Origin: Candidatus Hydrothermarchaeota archaeon
GTDB taxonomy: Archaea; CAYFZR01
Length of the DNA stretch: 62,910 nucleotides
Assembly: GCA_046760505.1 (NCBI GenBank)
Contig: JBHIEG010000012.1
Span: 1 to 62,910 of the forward strand
Reading direction: 5' to 3'
Program-made: the position numbers and the translations under genes
Notes under the pieces: generated by a model
The model's input: the letters and a program-made list of their open reading frames with translations, nothing else
The model's database searches: none
Told to the model about the DNA's origin: nothing
Shown: one piece after another, positions 29,122 through 37,744 of the stretch
Position numbering within the stretch: the stretch's first letter is position 1
Layout of the letters: every line of letters begins with the position of its first letter

Positions 29122-29889
29122 TCACTTCAGATATACCACGTTCTCCTTTTTTATACCTGTAATTTCTTTTGCATGTTCAATAGCATCGTTCATGTTACCT
29201 AAATCATCAACAAGTCCGAGATTTTTGGCTGTTTCTCCTGTGAACAATGTTCCGTCTGCGATCTTCCTGACTTCTTCGATGTCCATGTTTCTGTTTTCCG
29301 CTATGGTGGAAATCATTTGATCGTTTATATCGTTGACCAGTTCTGTTAAAAGTTCTAATTCTTCGTTTTTAGGAGGTCGATAGTCAGCGCCAAGATCTTT
29401 ATAATCGGTAGATTTTATCACATGAAACTTCACTCCTTCCTTTTCGTATTTCTCCGACCTATCCTCTAAAACTATTATTGCACCTAAGCCGCCAGTAAGG
29501 GTTCCTGGCTCCGCAAATATCCAATCTCCGGCGCATGAAATTATGTAGGCTCCGGATGTTGCTATGTCCCCCATAGATACGATAACTGGCTTTTTTTTCT
29601 TGGTTTTGTAAATTTCCCTGATTATATCTTGGATTGCAGCGGGAGTTCCTCCAGGGCTGTCTATCCTTATTATAATCGCCTTGATTCCATCATCTTCTCT
29701 TGCCTTTTCTAAAAGATTTGCAATCTCTAAAGAATTGGCTGGTGCATCAGAAGTTGCTATCATGCCTTCTATCTTGATTACTCCTATTTTGTTTTCTGAT
29801 CTCTGATATAACAAGTATCCGAGGTATGAAGACGAAACTATAAATGATATTAAGAGAACTGATAAAAATACCAGCAAGTATTTCCTCAA
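29122..29889 (-). CDS. sppA: Signal peptide peptidase SppA (S49)
   Basis: N-terminal TM segment, DSPGG, ATSGAY, K residue in YKD, and GLVD.LG; AAGGTGA SD before TTG 29889. Confidence 0.9.
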   Translation of the reverse strand: MRKYLLVFLSVLLISFIVSSSYLGYLLYQRSENKIGVIKIEGMIATSDAPANSLEIANLLEKAREDDGIKAIIIRIDSPGGTPAAIQDIIREIYKTKKKKPVIVSMGDIATSGAYIISCAGDWIFAEPGTLTGGLGAIIVLEDRSEKYEKEGVKFHVIKSTDYKDLGADYRPPKNEELELLTELVNDINDQMISTIAENRNMDIEEVRKIADGTLFTGETAKNLGLVDDLGNMNDAIEHAKEITGIKKENVVYLK

Positions 29890-29893
29890 TAAA

Positions 29894-30661
29894 TCACCTT
29901 CCGGTAATTGTAAGTTTGTTTGAGTCCAGAGATTCTTCTCCAATTCTGAGTTCTGCAGGGGGTAACTCTATCTTCTCGCCACTTCTTACGAAAAGAGCGA
30001 TCTTGTAAAATATAATCCTCTCCTCCAATGGTTCAATATCAAACTTCCAAGTGATGATACTTCCTTCTTCAGAAACAGTGGTTTCTTTTGGTTTTATTGT
30101 AAGAAATTCTCCGAGCAATTCAATTGATGCTGGAATCCATTCTCTTATCTCTAGAGGTAATTTTTCCTCGGTGTAGTTTGATACGGTCAATTTGATTAAG
30201 ATTTCGTTTCTTTTATTAGATACTACGTCTCTTGTGGTAGATTTTTTTATTGTGACTTTTTTTGTGAGAAGTCTCCTTTTTTCCTTTAAAACGGGTTTCT
30301 TTTCCTCTTTCTTTTCTAAAGTCTGGAACAATTTCTCACGTTCGTTTTCCAATTCTTCTATCCTTTTTTTCATGGATTCTATGAGTTTGTTGCTCTTTTG
30401 GAGTTTATAGCTATCAGTCTCTTCAAAAACGCTTTTTTTTATATAAATCAGACCCAAAGCATATAAAAATCCATAACCAATACCTGTAAGTATCAAGGAA
30501 GCGAGAAAAGCCAAAGGAATGATTATTTTTAGAGAAGAAACAGTTCCAGAGAGTATCTCCGTAGAGAATGAGGAAAAAAGCACTATGGAAATAGTTATCC
30601 CGATAAATACCATCGCAAATGTTACCAGTAACCCCTCAATCTCGTAAGATATGTCATTCAA
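29894..30661 (-). CDS. Membrane protein: two TM helices, coiled coil and C-terminal Ig-like (DUF4139/DUF11-like) domain
   Basis: Two hydrophobic helices, a K/E-rich helix, then TVSN...LEIREWIP...ITWKFDIEP.EERIIFYKI. Confidence 0.65.
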   Translation of the reverse strand: MNDISYEIEGLLVTFAMVFIGITISIVLFSSFSTEILSGTVSSLKIIIPLAFLASLILTGIGYGFLYALGLIYIKKSVFEETDSYKLQKSNKLIESMKKRIEELENEREKLFQTLEKKEEKKPVLKEKRRLLTKKVTIKKSTTRDVVSNKRNEILIKLTVSNYTEEKLPLEIREWIPASIELLGEFLTIKPKETTVSEEGSIITWKFDIEPLEERIIFYKIALFVRSGEKIELPPAELRIGEESLDSNKLTITGR

Positions 30662-30802
30662 TTTGCTTCACTCATTCCATGATCTACTATCTTGTAAATA
30701 TAATTTGTGCACCAGTCTAAATTTATATTGATTTTAAATTATATGTTAATGGAAACAATTTAACTATATCGTTCACAAAAATATTTGATCGGGAGGGCTA
30801 CC

Positions 30803-30934
30803 TTGGATATCGCTTACAAAAGAATAACAATTAAAGATATTTTTGATGCTATTTGGTTTATTCTGGTCTTTTCTGCTGTCATGGCAATCATAATCTTTTC
30901 TTTAGTGATAATCTGGAGCATACTAGTTGGTTGA
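30803..30934 (+). CDS. Putative 43-aa single-pass membrane microprotein (absent from the ORF track)
   Basis: GGGAGG SD then TTG; MDIAYKRITIKDIFDAIWFILVFSAVMAIIIFSLVIIWSILVG; fills the gap before DUF429. Confidence 0.55.
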   Translation: MDIAYKRITIKDIFDAIWFILVFSAVMAIIIFSLVIIWSILVG

Positions 30935-30960
30935 ATGTAGAGGAAAACTGAGGGGTTCAT

Positions 30961-31560
30961 ATGATATATGGCGGGGTTGATCTATCTGTAAGCCCTAAAA
31001 ATCCTTCAGGTATCGCACTTCTTAAGAAAAAAGAAGTTAGATCTTACCATTTATACTCAAATGAGGATATAATAAATGAGTTTAAACATGTAGATGTAGT
31101 TGCAATAGATGCTCCGCTAACTCTTCCTAAGGGGAGATGTTGTTTTGATGAGAGTTGCGTATGCAAAGAAGGTAAAAATTTAAGAAAAGCAGATATAGAG
31201 CTTATATCTAGAGGTTACAGGGTATTTCCACCAGGCTTTGGTTTCATGAAACTTCTTACAATTAGAGGCATTGATATAGCGAAAAAACTGAGAAAAATGA
31301 ACGTAAATGTTATAGAAACTCACCCTAGGACAAGCAGACTCGTACTTGGATTAAGCGATAATGATTTTATCAATGAAGTTAGAGATATCTTCAGAAAAGT
31401 TAGCATGGAAAACAATTCTCATCATGAAAGAGATGCCATAACGTCATCCATAGTATCCTTTTTATACTCTAAGAATCTATGCGAAATGGTGGGGGATGAG
31501 GGTGAGGGTGTGCTCTATATTCCAAAAGAGGGTCTCTCCCTACGTGAGGTTTTAATGTGA
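30961..31560 (+). CDS. DUF429 family predicted nuclease (RNase H fold)
   Basis: GVDLS, VAIDAPL, R.AD.EL, IETHP and H..DA motifs. Confidence 0.85.
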   Translation: MIYGGVDLSVSPKNPSGIALLKKKEVRSYHLYSNEDIINEFKHVDVVAIDAPLTLPKGRCCFDESCVCKEGKNLRKADIELISRGYRVFPPGFGFMKLLTIRGIDIAKKLRKMNVNVIETHPRTSRLVLGLSDNDFINEVRDIFRKVSMENNSHHERDAITSSIVSFLYSKNLCEMVGDEGEGVLYIPKEGLSLREVLM

Positions 31561-31739
31561 AGAGAGGATTCTGCATAAAATGTGGTAGCGGGAGATTAAT
31601 ATTCGGCGTTCTTGGGACTACGGCTCAAATATACGAGTGTAAGGACTGCGGATATAGAGGTCCTATTATAATTGAAAACGGAGAATTAGCTGAAGAACTC
31701 AGGAAGATATACGAGGAGAAAAAGAAGGAACAATCCTAA
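31557..31739 (+). CDS. Small Zn-ribbon protein
   Basis: CIKCGS...YECKDCGYRGP; overlaps the DUF429 stop (GTGA). Confidence 0.8.
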   Translation: MKRGFCIKCGSGRLIFGVLGTTAQIYECKDCGYRGPIIIENGELAEELRKIYEEKKKEQS

Positions 31740-31878
31740 TTCTTTATTTAAGTTGAAGTAATACTTTCCCTTAGGAGAGTTATATTGAAAGTGTGTGGTA
31801 AGAGTTAAAAATAACTCAATTATAAATATATCATCATCCAATACTAAACTAATAATATCAAAACTCAAAGTGAAGAAA

Positions 31879-32073
31879 ATGAAGTTTGAATGCAAAATTT
31901 GTAACCATGAATTCAGCGTATCAGAAGGTGCATTCATTTTGATTTGCGATTCATGCCTGAGATGTCCTGAGTGTGCCAGCAACAAACTAGTTAGAAAACC
32001 AGAAGAACGCCTACAAGGCATACGATTGGGATCTTTAAGAAATTTTTTCAAGATACGCTCTGAAAAAATATAA
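31879..32073 (+). CDS. Small Zn-ribbon protein (FmdB-like)
   Basis: MKFECKICNHEF...CDSC..CPECAS.KL; start placed at ATG 31879. Confidence 0.7.
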   Translation: MKFECKICNHEFSVSEGAFILICDSCLRCPECASNKLVRKPEERLQGIRLGSLRNFFKIRSEKI

Positions 32074-32074
32074 A

Positions 32075-33325
32075 CTATCCGAAATTTATTCCTATCATAT
32101 CATCTACCATTATTTTTTCTAAATTTTCCTCTTCGAGAATTTTTAAGGTATTTTCTATTCCTTCTGGTTTTTCTGATAAAATTATCAGGATGAATCTTCC
32201 AGCATCTTCATTTAAATAAACCACGGTTGTGTTTTTTCTCCCAAAGTTTCCTACTCCCTTAATCTTTATTTCATCTTCTCCTATTGAAACACCTTTGAGA
32301 TAGTGAGAGACCTCTGAATATGAATCGTAGAGTCCAAGATAGATCATATCATTTTTTGTTGTTTGATAGTTTGTTATTTTAGAGGAGATTCCTCTAACCT
32401 CCAAGAAATTTCTTAGATTTATTCCATACTTCATTAAATCCTTATTAGTCAGTGCAATATGAGTATTTTCCTTTAAAAAATAGGGAAAGTCTGATAAATG
32501 GTATCTTCTCATTGATTTTATTAAAAAATCTACAAGGTTTGATATGAATTGATTGTTTTGTGCTACGTCGTTGTATGGCTGTTTTAAAAATGTGGCATCA
32601 CCAATCGCGAGTACAGGGCCTCTCATCAGCACTGGAGAATATCTACCCGTTTCTTCTCTCTTTGAAGAATAAGTATCGTTGCTGGTGAAAATCAATCCAT
32701 ATTTCTTTGGATCAAGGGAGCAGGCAGAGAAAAAAACTATTTTTTTAAGATTTGAAGTCAAGTTGCTTGGATAAAAATCTCTCAAGAATATATTTCTGAA
32801 GTTTCCCTCATTCTCTCTCAAGTTGTACAGGTAATCATCTCTGTATAATATTCCGAAGAGTGTAGATACATCATTTATGTCGCTTTTCTTGTCTGGGTCA
32901 CCGATTAACAATATTTTTCCTTTCTTTTGGACAAAATATTTCAAAATTTCTTTTTCTTCGGCAGTAAACCTCTTTCTTGGTGATATTATTACAAAAGAGT
33001 CCGCATATTTTAATTTTTTTCTGAAATTACTTGGATCCTTTAGATATTCAACCTTCCCCCCTGAGGAAACTATTTTAGAGACCAGAACATTAACGTCTTT
33101 GGGTTCGAAGTTGTTTTCATGTGAGAGATCAAATAAAACTGTTCCTTTACCCTTTATTTCCTCCATTGTGGGAAATTCACCGGTAGGAAGCACTTCTATT
33201 TGGCTCACATTATATGGACCTTTGTCAGGAGGAGAATAAACCCCTCTGTAGTAATAAAGCGTGCGAAAAGATAGGACGAGCAGGAATATGAGTATAAATA
33301 TAAAGACTCTGCGCAAATCACTCAC
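32075..33325 (-). CDS. Membrane-anchored DUF4350/GldG-like (class I GATase-like fold) protein
   Basis: N-terminal TM segment, VLFDLSHEN, FV.K.GKILLIGD and LAIGDATF...N.QF..NL motifs. Confidence 0.7.
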   Translation of the reverse strand: MSDLRRVFIFILIFLLVLSFRTLYYYRGVYSPPDKGPYNVSQIEVLPTGEFPTMEEIKGKGTVLFDLSHENNFEPKDVNVLVSKIVSSGGKVEYLKDPSNFRKKLKYADSFVIISPRKRFTAEEKEILKYFVQKKGKILLIGDPDKKSDINDVSTLFGILYRDDYLYNLRENEGNFRNIFLRDFYPSNLTSNLKKIVFFSACSLDPKKYGLIFTSNDTYSSKREETGRYSPVLMRGPVLAIGDATFLKQPYNDVAQNNQFISNLVDFLIKSMRRYHLSDFPYFLKENTHIALTNKDLMKYGINLRNFLEVRGISSKITNYQTTKNDMIYLGLYDSYSEVSHYLKGVSIGEDEIKIKGVGNFGRKNTTVVYLNEDAGRFILIILSEKPEGIENTLKILEEENLEKIMVDDMIGINFG

Positions 33326-34184
33326 CCTGTTCTATGTATAGAAAGTGTACCGATGGTATGGTATTTGTTGGTTTCAATACGGTTTCGTTTACGTGTAAAT
33401 GGAATCGAAGGCTGCCTATATTAAGTTCCTTGTTTATATCAATGACATCGTAGTTCGATATGCGGGCATAATGAGCAGCCTTCTCTATGGCATCTTCTCT
33501 AGAACCTATCTCGTCTACAAGGCCTACTTTCAGTGCGTCGACTCCTACATAAGAGTTTGCCATTGAGAGTTCTTCTCTCCCTATCTTCAGTTTTTCTTCC
33601 CTTTGTTTAATTACATTGCTCAGAAAGACTTCTTTTATCGTTTCTACTTCATATATGAATTCTTTTCTTGAAATAGCTCTTTTAAATGGACCTGTAACTA
33701 TTAAATTTTCGTCGAGTTCAGTCGGTTCAGGAAGAACAGCCACCACACCTATACTTCCAATGAAAGAAGCAGGCTTTGCAAATATGTAGTTACTTGCGGT
33801 TGCTATATAGTAAGCGCCGGATAAACCTCCTCCATCAACACATGCTACCACAGGTTTTTCATTTCTCAGTTTAATCACTTCCATGAAGATCTCTTCGCAA
33901 GCAAAAGCGCTTCCCCCAGGACTGTCAATTTCCAAAACAACTGCCCTTATGCTTTTATTATCCTCCGCGTATCTTAACATCCTGTTTATATCATCCAAGT
34001 AGTTAGTACTCTCGATTGGACCATAGATCTTTATCAATCCCACATAAGGTTTTGGTATGATTAAGTGGGAAAACAATACACCAAGGGCCAGTGCTACTAT
34101 GGTGATGAACCACAGTGGGTCTTTCAATCTCTTTATATATCCCTTCATATAATCTATCTTATCCAATTTCAACACTTCCTTCAA
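33318..34184 (-). CDS. Second S49 peptidase (SppA-like)
   Basis: TM segment, DSPGG, SGAYY.A, GSIGV, GPFK and GLVDEIG motifs. Confidence 0.88.
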   Translation of the reverse strand: MKEVLKLDKIDYMKGYIKRLKDPLWFITIVALALGVLFSHLIIPKPYVGLIKIYGPIESTNYLDDINRMLRYAEDNKSIRAVVLEIDSPGGSAFACEEIFMEVIKLRNEKPVVACVDGGGLSGAYYIATASNYIFAKPASFIGSIGVVAVLPEPTELDENLIVTGPFKRAISRKEFIYEVETIKEVFLSNVIKQREEKLKIGREELSMANSYVGVDALKVGLVDEIGSREDAIEKAAHYARISNYDVIDINKELNIGSLRFHLHVNETVLKPTNTIPSVHFLYIEQGE

Positions 34185-34253
34185 AATAAGTGATCATCAC
34201 AATAAAAATCTTTGGAACAGTTCACCAAAATGTAAATATCGAGGATGTTAAAA

Positions 34254-34406
34254 ATGGAAAAATGTCCGTTAAGTGATAGATTCCATGATTACCTAAAAAA
34301 AATTAAAAAATTTGAAGAATACGACAGAAATTACATGGATTTGCTAAAAAACTGTACCGTGAATTGCAGTTCATGCGATCAAAAGAAGAGGCAAGATATG
34401 TTTTAG
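34254..34406 (+). CDS. Putative 50-aa Cys-containing microprotein (absent from the ORF track)
   Basis: GAGG upstream; MEKCPLSDRFHDYLKKIKKFEEYDRNYMDLLKNCTVNCSSCDQKKRQDMF. Confidence 0.45.
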   Translation: MEKCPLSDRFHDYLKKIKKFEEYDRNYMDLLKNCTVNCSSCDQKKRQDMF

Positions 34407-34483
34407 CATGCCATATTTATAAAAGGAAAGTTAGATCTATCCAAGTACTTCGATACGATTGAAAACTTAATGAGCGATGTATT

Positions 34484-35344
34484 ATGGCTGAAATTGCACA
34501 GTTGATGGTCAACGGCATTATCTATGGAAGCATCATTTCACTCTCAGCGATAGGTCTTTCTTTGGTCTATGGAATCTTAAATCTAGCTAACTTTGCACAT
34601 GGTGAATATCTAACCTTAGGGGCTTATGGAGCATTCTTTGTAAGTGTAACTCTCGGATTTAATCTAATTTTTGGAATTTTAGCAGGTATAGCGGTTACTG
34701 TCGTGATTGGTTTGCTTCTTGACAGATTCATCTGGAAACCTATGAGGGAGAAGAAGGCAGGACTGGTAACGCTTCTCATAATTGCGATTGGTGTCTCTTA
34801 TTTGCTGAGGTATTCTATCCAAGCGTTATGGGGGGCGCGAATAAGGACCTTTGGTCTCCCAATAAAAGAGGGAATACCTTTGCTTGGAGCAAAGATCACC
34901 TACGTACAGATAGCAATTATTCTGCTAGCATTTTCGCTTATGTTCCTCGTCCATTATTTACTTAGGTACACGAAGATAGGTAAGGCGATGCGAGCCTGCT
35001 CAGACGATATAGACTTGGCTAGAGTCTCTGGAATAGATGTTGACAAAGTTATCCTCTGGATGTGGGTCATTGCATGCTCCCTATCTGCAATCGCAGGAAT
35101 AATGCTAGGTCTTGACACACACATAAGGCCGACCATGGGATGGAATCTACTACTCCCATTATTTGCAGCGGTTATTCTGGGAGGCATAGGAAGTGCCTAT
35201 GGAGCAATAGCCGGTGGAATGATAATAGGATTCTCTCAAGAACTCAGCGTTGCAGTGATTCCATCTCAGTATAAGCCAGCGGTTTCATTTGCAATAATGA
35301 TAGCCGTAATCCTCGTTAGACCAACAGGCATTTTTAGGAGGTAA
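34484..35344 (+). CDS. livH: Branched-chain amino acid ABC transporter permease
   Basis: GLSLVYGILNLANFAHGE, T..GKAMRA and AVILGGIGS motifs. Confidence 0.93.
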   Translation: MAEIAQLMVNGIIYGSIISLSAIGLSLVYGILNLANFAHGEYLTLGAYGAFFVSVTLGFNLIFGILAGIAVTVVIGLLLDRFIWKPMREKKAGLVTLLIIAIGVSYLLRYSIQALWGARIRTFGLPIKEGIPLLGAKITYVQIAIILLAFSLMFLVHYLLRYTKIGKAMRACSDDIDLARVSGIDVDKVILWMWVIACSLSAIAGIMLGLDTHIRPTMGWNLLLPLFAAVILGGIGSAYGAIAGGMIIGFSQELSVAVIPSQYKPAVSFAIMIAVILVRPTGIFRR

Positions 35345-35347
35345 AAT

Positions 35348-36274
35348 ATGCCCTTTCTTGAATATTTCCTGGTTATCTTGACCGTGGCGTGCATATACGC
35401 AATATTCTGCTTTGGACTTAACCTGCAGTGGGGATACACCGGGCTTATAAATATAGGACATGTAGCCTTTTTAGCGGTTGGTGCATATACATCTGCTCGT
35501 TTAACCCTTCCAGCGCCCTGGGGTTTAGGAGCTCCATTTCCTGTCGGTCTGCTCGCAGGAATGGTACTCGCTGGTATATTCGCATACCTTATAGGCATAC
35601 CTACTCTCAGACTAAGAAAGGATTATCTAGCAATTGTAACATTGGGATTCGCAGAAATTCTCCGTTTAATAATACTAAACGAAATGTGGCTTACCAACGG
35701 TCCAATAGGTCTTCCTGGAATTCCACAGCCTCTCAGAGGATTGATACCAAGATATGATGTATTTTACTTTATTCTCGTGCTTTCAGCGCTTATAATCATA
35801 TATTTATTCTTGGAAAGAATCACAAACTCACCGTGGGGGAGGGTTTTAAAGGCTATAAGGGAAGATGAAGACGTGGCAAAGGCACTTGGAAAGGATGTAA
35901 CAGGATACAAAATGCAATCCCTTGTTTTAGGCTCTGCAATTGCAGGAGGAGCAGGTTCGCTTTTGGCTCATTTCTTTACTTATATAAGCCCGGATCTCTT
36001 CGATCACATGCAAACTTTCTACGCATGGATAGTGGTTGTACTAGGAGGGAGTGGTAACAATAAGGGCACTGTTCTAGGTGCATTCTTAATTACCGCATTT
36101 CTTGAAGGGACGCGCTTCTTGAAGGACTTTTTCCCCATAGCAATAGGTCCCGACAGGATTGCTGCTATTCGCCTGGTAGTGGTGGGCATATTGCTCATAG
36201 TTTTGATGATGCGAAGACCTGAAGGAATACTGGGAGAGAAGAAGTTTGTTTCAGAGCTGTTAGAGATGAAATAA
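35348..36274 (+). CDS. livM: Branched-chain amino acid ABC transporter permease
   Basis: GYTGL.N.GH.AF, LRLR.DYLAIVTLGF, SP.GR.LKAIREDE and RPEG..G motifs. Confidence 0.93.
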   Translation: MPFLEYFLVILTVACIYAIFCFGLNLQWGYTGLINIGHVAFLAVGAYTSARLTLPAPWGLGAPFPVGLLAGMVLAGIFAYLIGIPTLRLRKDYLAIVTLGFAEILRLIILNEMWLTNGPIGLPGIPQPLRGLIPRYDVFYFILVLSALIIIYLFLERITNSPWGRVLKAIREDEDVAKALGKDVTGYKMQSLVLGSAIAGGAGSLLAHFFTYISPDLFDHMQTFYAWIVVVLGGSGNNKGTVLGAFLITAFLEGTRFLKDFFPIAIGPDRIAAIRLVVVGILLIVLMMRRPEGILGEKKFVSELLEMK

Positions 36275-36287
36275 CCTAGGTGAGGCT

Positions 36288-37037
36288 ATGTTAAGCATAA
36301 TTAATGTATCAAAGAGCTTTGGAGGCATCAAAGCAGTAAATGATTGCAGCCTCGAAATAAAGGAAAATTCAATTACAGGTCTTATAGGTCCAAATGGCGC
36401 AGGAAAAAGCACGCTCTTCGATCTAATTACAGGCTTTCAAAGGGCTGACAAAGGGGAAATATACTTCAAGAATGAGTTAATATCAGGTCTCGATCCCCAC
36501 ATAATAGCTCTAAAAGGCATTGTGAAGACCTTTCAAATACCAAGACCCTTCCCTAAGATGACTGTACTTGAAAACATGTTGCTCTCTCCAAAGAAACAAA
36601 TAGGAGAAAATATATTTGGAGTGTTGCTAAGATCTTCTGTTGTAAAAGAGCAAGAAACAAAAAATCTGGAAAAGGCATTAAAACTTCTGAAATTTATGAA
36701 TCTTATTGATTTGAAGGATGAATATGCTGGAAATCTTTCAACGGGACAGATGAAACTCCTTGAACTGGCAAGAGCTCTAATGGTAGATCCAGAGTTATTA
36801 TTGTTAGATGAGCCCGTAGCTGGAGTAAATCCAGTTCTCACAAAAGAGCTTCTCGATCACATAAGGGAGCTCCAGAAGAATGGAAAAACTTTCTTTATAG
36901 TGGAGCACAACATGGAGGTTATGATGGAGCTCTGCGAACACATTTTCGTCATGCACAATGGAAAAGTAATATCCTCAGGAAGCCCTGAAGAAATAAGAAA
37001 TGATGAAAGGGTTTTGGACGCTTATCTTGGTGAGTGA
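36288..37037 (+). CDS. livG: ABC transporter ATP-binding protein
   Basis: GPNGAGKST, LSTGQ.KLLELARAL, LDEP.AG and V..AYLG motifs. Confidence 0.93.
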   Translation: MLSIINVSKSFGGIKAVNDCSLEIKENSITGLIGPNGAGKSTLFDLITGFQRADKGEIYFKNELISGLDPHIIALKGIVKTFQIPRPFPKMTVLENMLLSPKKQIGENIFGVLLRSSVVKEQETKNLEKALKLLKFMNLIDLKDEYAGNLSTGQMKLLELARALMVDPELLLLDEPVAGVNPVLTKELLDHIRELQKNGKTFFIVEHNMEVMMELCEHIFVMHNGKVISSGSPEEIRNDERVLDAYLGE

Positions 37038-37744
37038 AGGAAATGCTGGAAGTAAAGAATCTCGTCTCAGGCTATGGTGATCTGGACATACTAAGGGGAG
37101 TTTCACTAGCAATAGAAAGCGATGAGATAATTGCAATAATCGGTCCAAATGGCGCAGGAAAAAGCACCTTGATGAAGACAATATTTGGACTTTTAAAACC
37201 AAGAAAAGGTGAAATAAAGTTCGAAGGAGAGAGCATAGTTGGTCTTAGACCTGATGAAATAGTGAAAAAAGGAGTTTGCTACGTGCCTCAATCAAAGAAC
37301 ATCTTCCCTTCTTTAAGAGTGGAGGAAAATCTTGAGATGGGCGCATTTATACTTGAGGATGAAAAGGTTGAAGAAGCTCTAGAAAACGTTTACTCTCTTT
37401 TTCCCTTATTGAAGGAAAGAAAAAGTCAAAGAGCAGGAAGCTTAAGCGGAGGAGAACAACAGATGCTTGCAATAGGTAGGGCACTCATGCTCAGTCCAAA
37501 ACTTTTGCTCTTAGACGAACCATCTGGAGGTCTTGCTCCAAAGCTTGTGAGAGGAGTATTTGAAAAAATAAAGGAAATAAATCAACTTGGAGTGGCAGTT
37601 ATAATAGTAGAACAAAATGCAAAGAAGGCTCTTGAGATAGCTCACAGGGGATATGTCCTAGACATGGGAAGAAACAGAATAGAGGGCTACGGAAAGGATC
37701 TTCTAAAAAATGAAGAGGTGAAGAGGCTGTACCTAGGAGGTTAA
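37034..37744 (+). CDS. livF: ABC transporter ATP-binding protein
   Basis: GPNGAGKST, LSGGEQQMLA, LDEPS.GLAP, VEQNA and YLGG motifs. Confidence 0.94.
   Translation: MKEMLEVKNLVSGYGDLDILRGVSLAIESDEIIAIIGPNGAGKSTLMKTIFGLLKPRKGEIKFEGESIVGLRPDEIVKKGVCYVPQSKNIFPSLRVEENLEMGAFILEDEKVEEALENVYSLFPLLKERKSQRAGSLSGGEQQMLAIGRALMLSPKLLLLDEPSGGLAPKLVRGVFEKIKEINQLGVAVIIVEQNAKKALEIAHRGYVLDMGRNRIEGYGKDLLKNEEVKRLYLGG

Noticed and set aside
36387-37167. Identical 26-bp sequence in livG (36387-36412) and livF (37142-37167)
   Set aside because: It encodes the conserved Walker A (GPNGAGKST) of paralogous ATPases, so protein constraint explains it.
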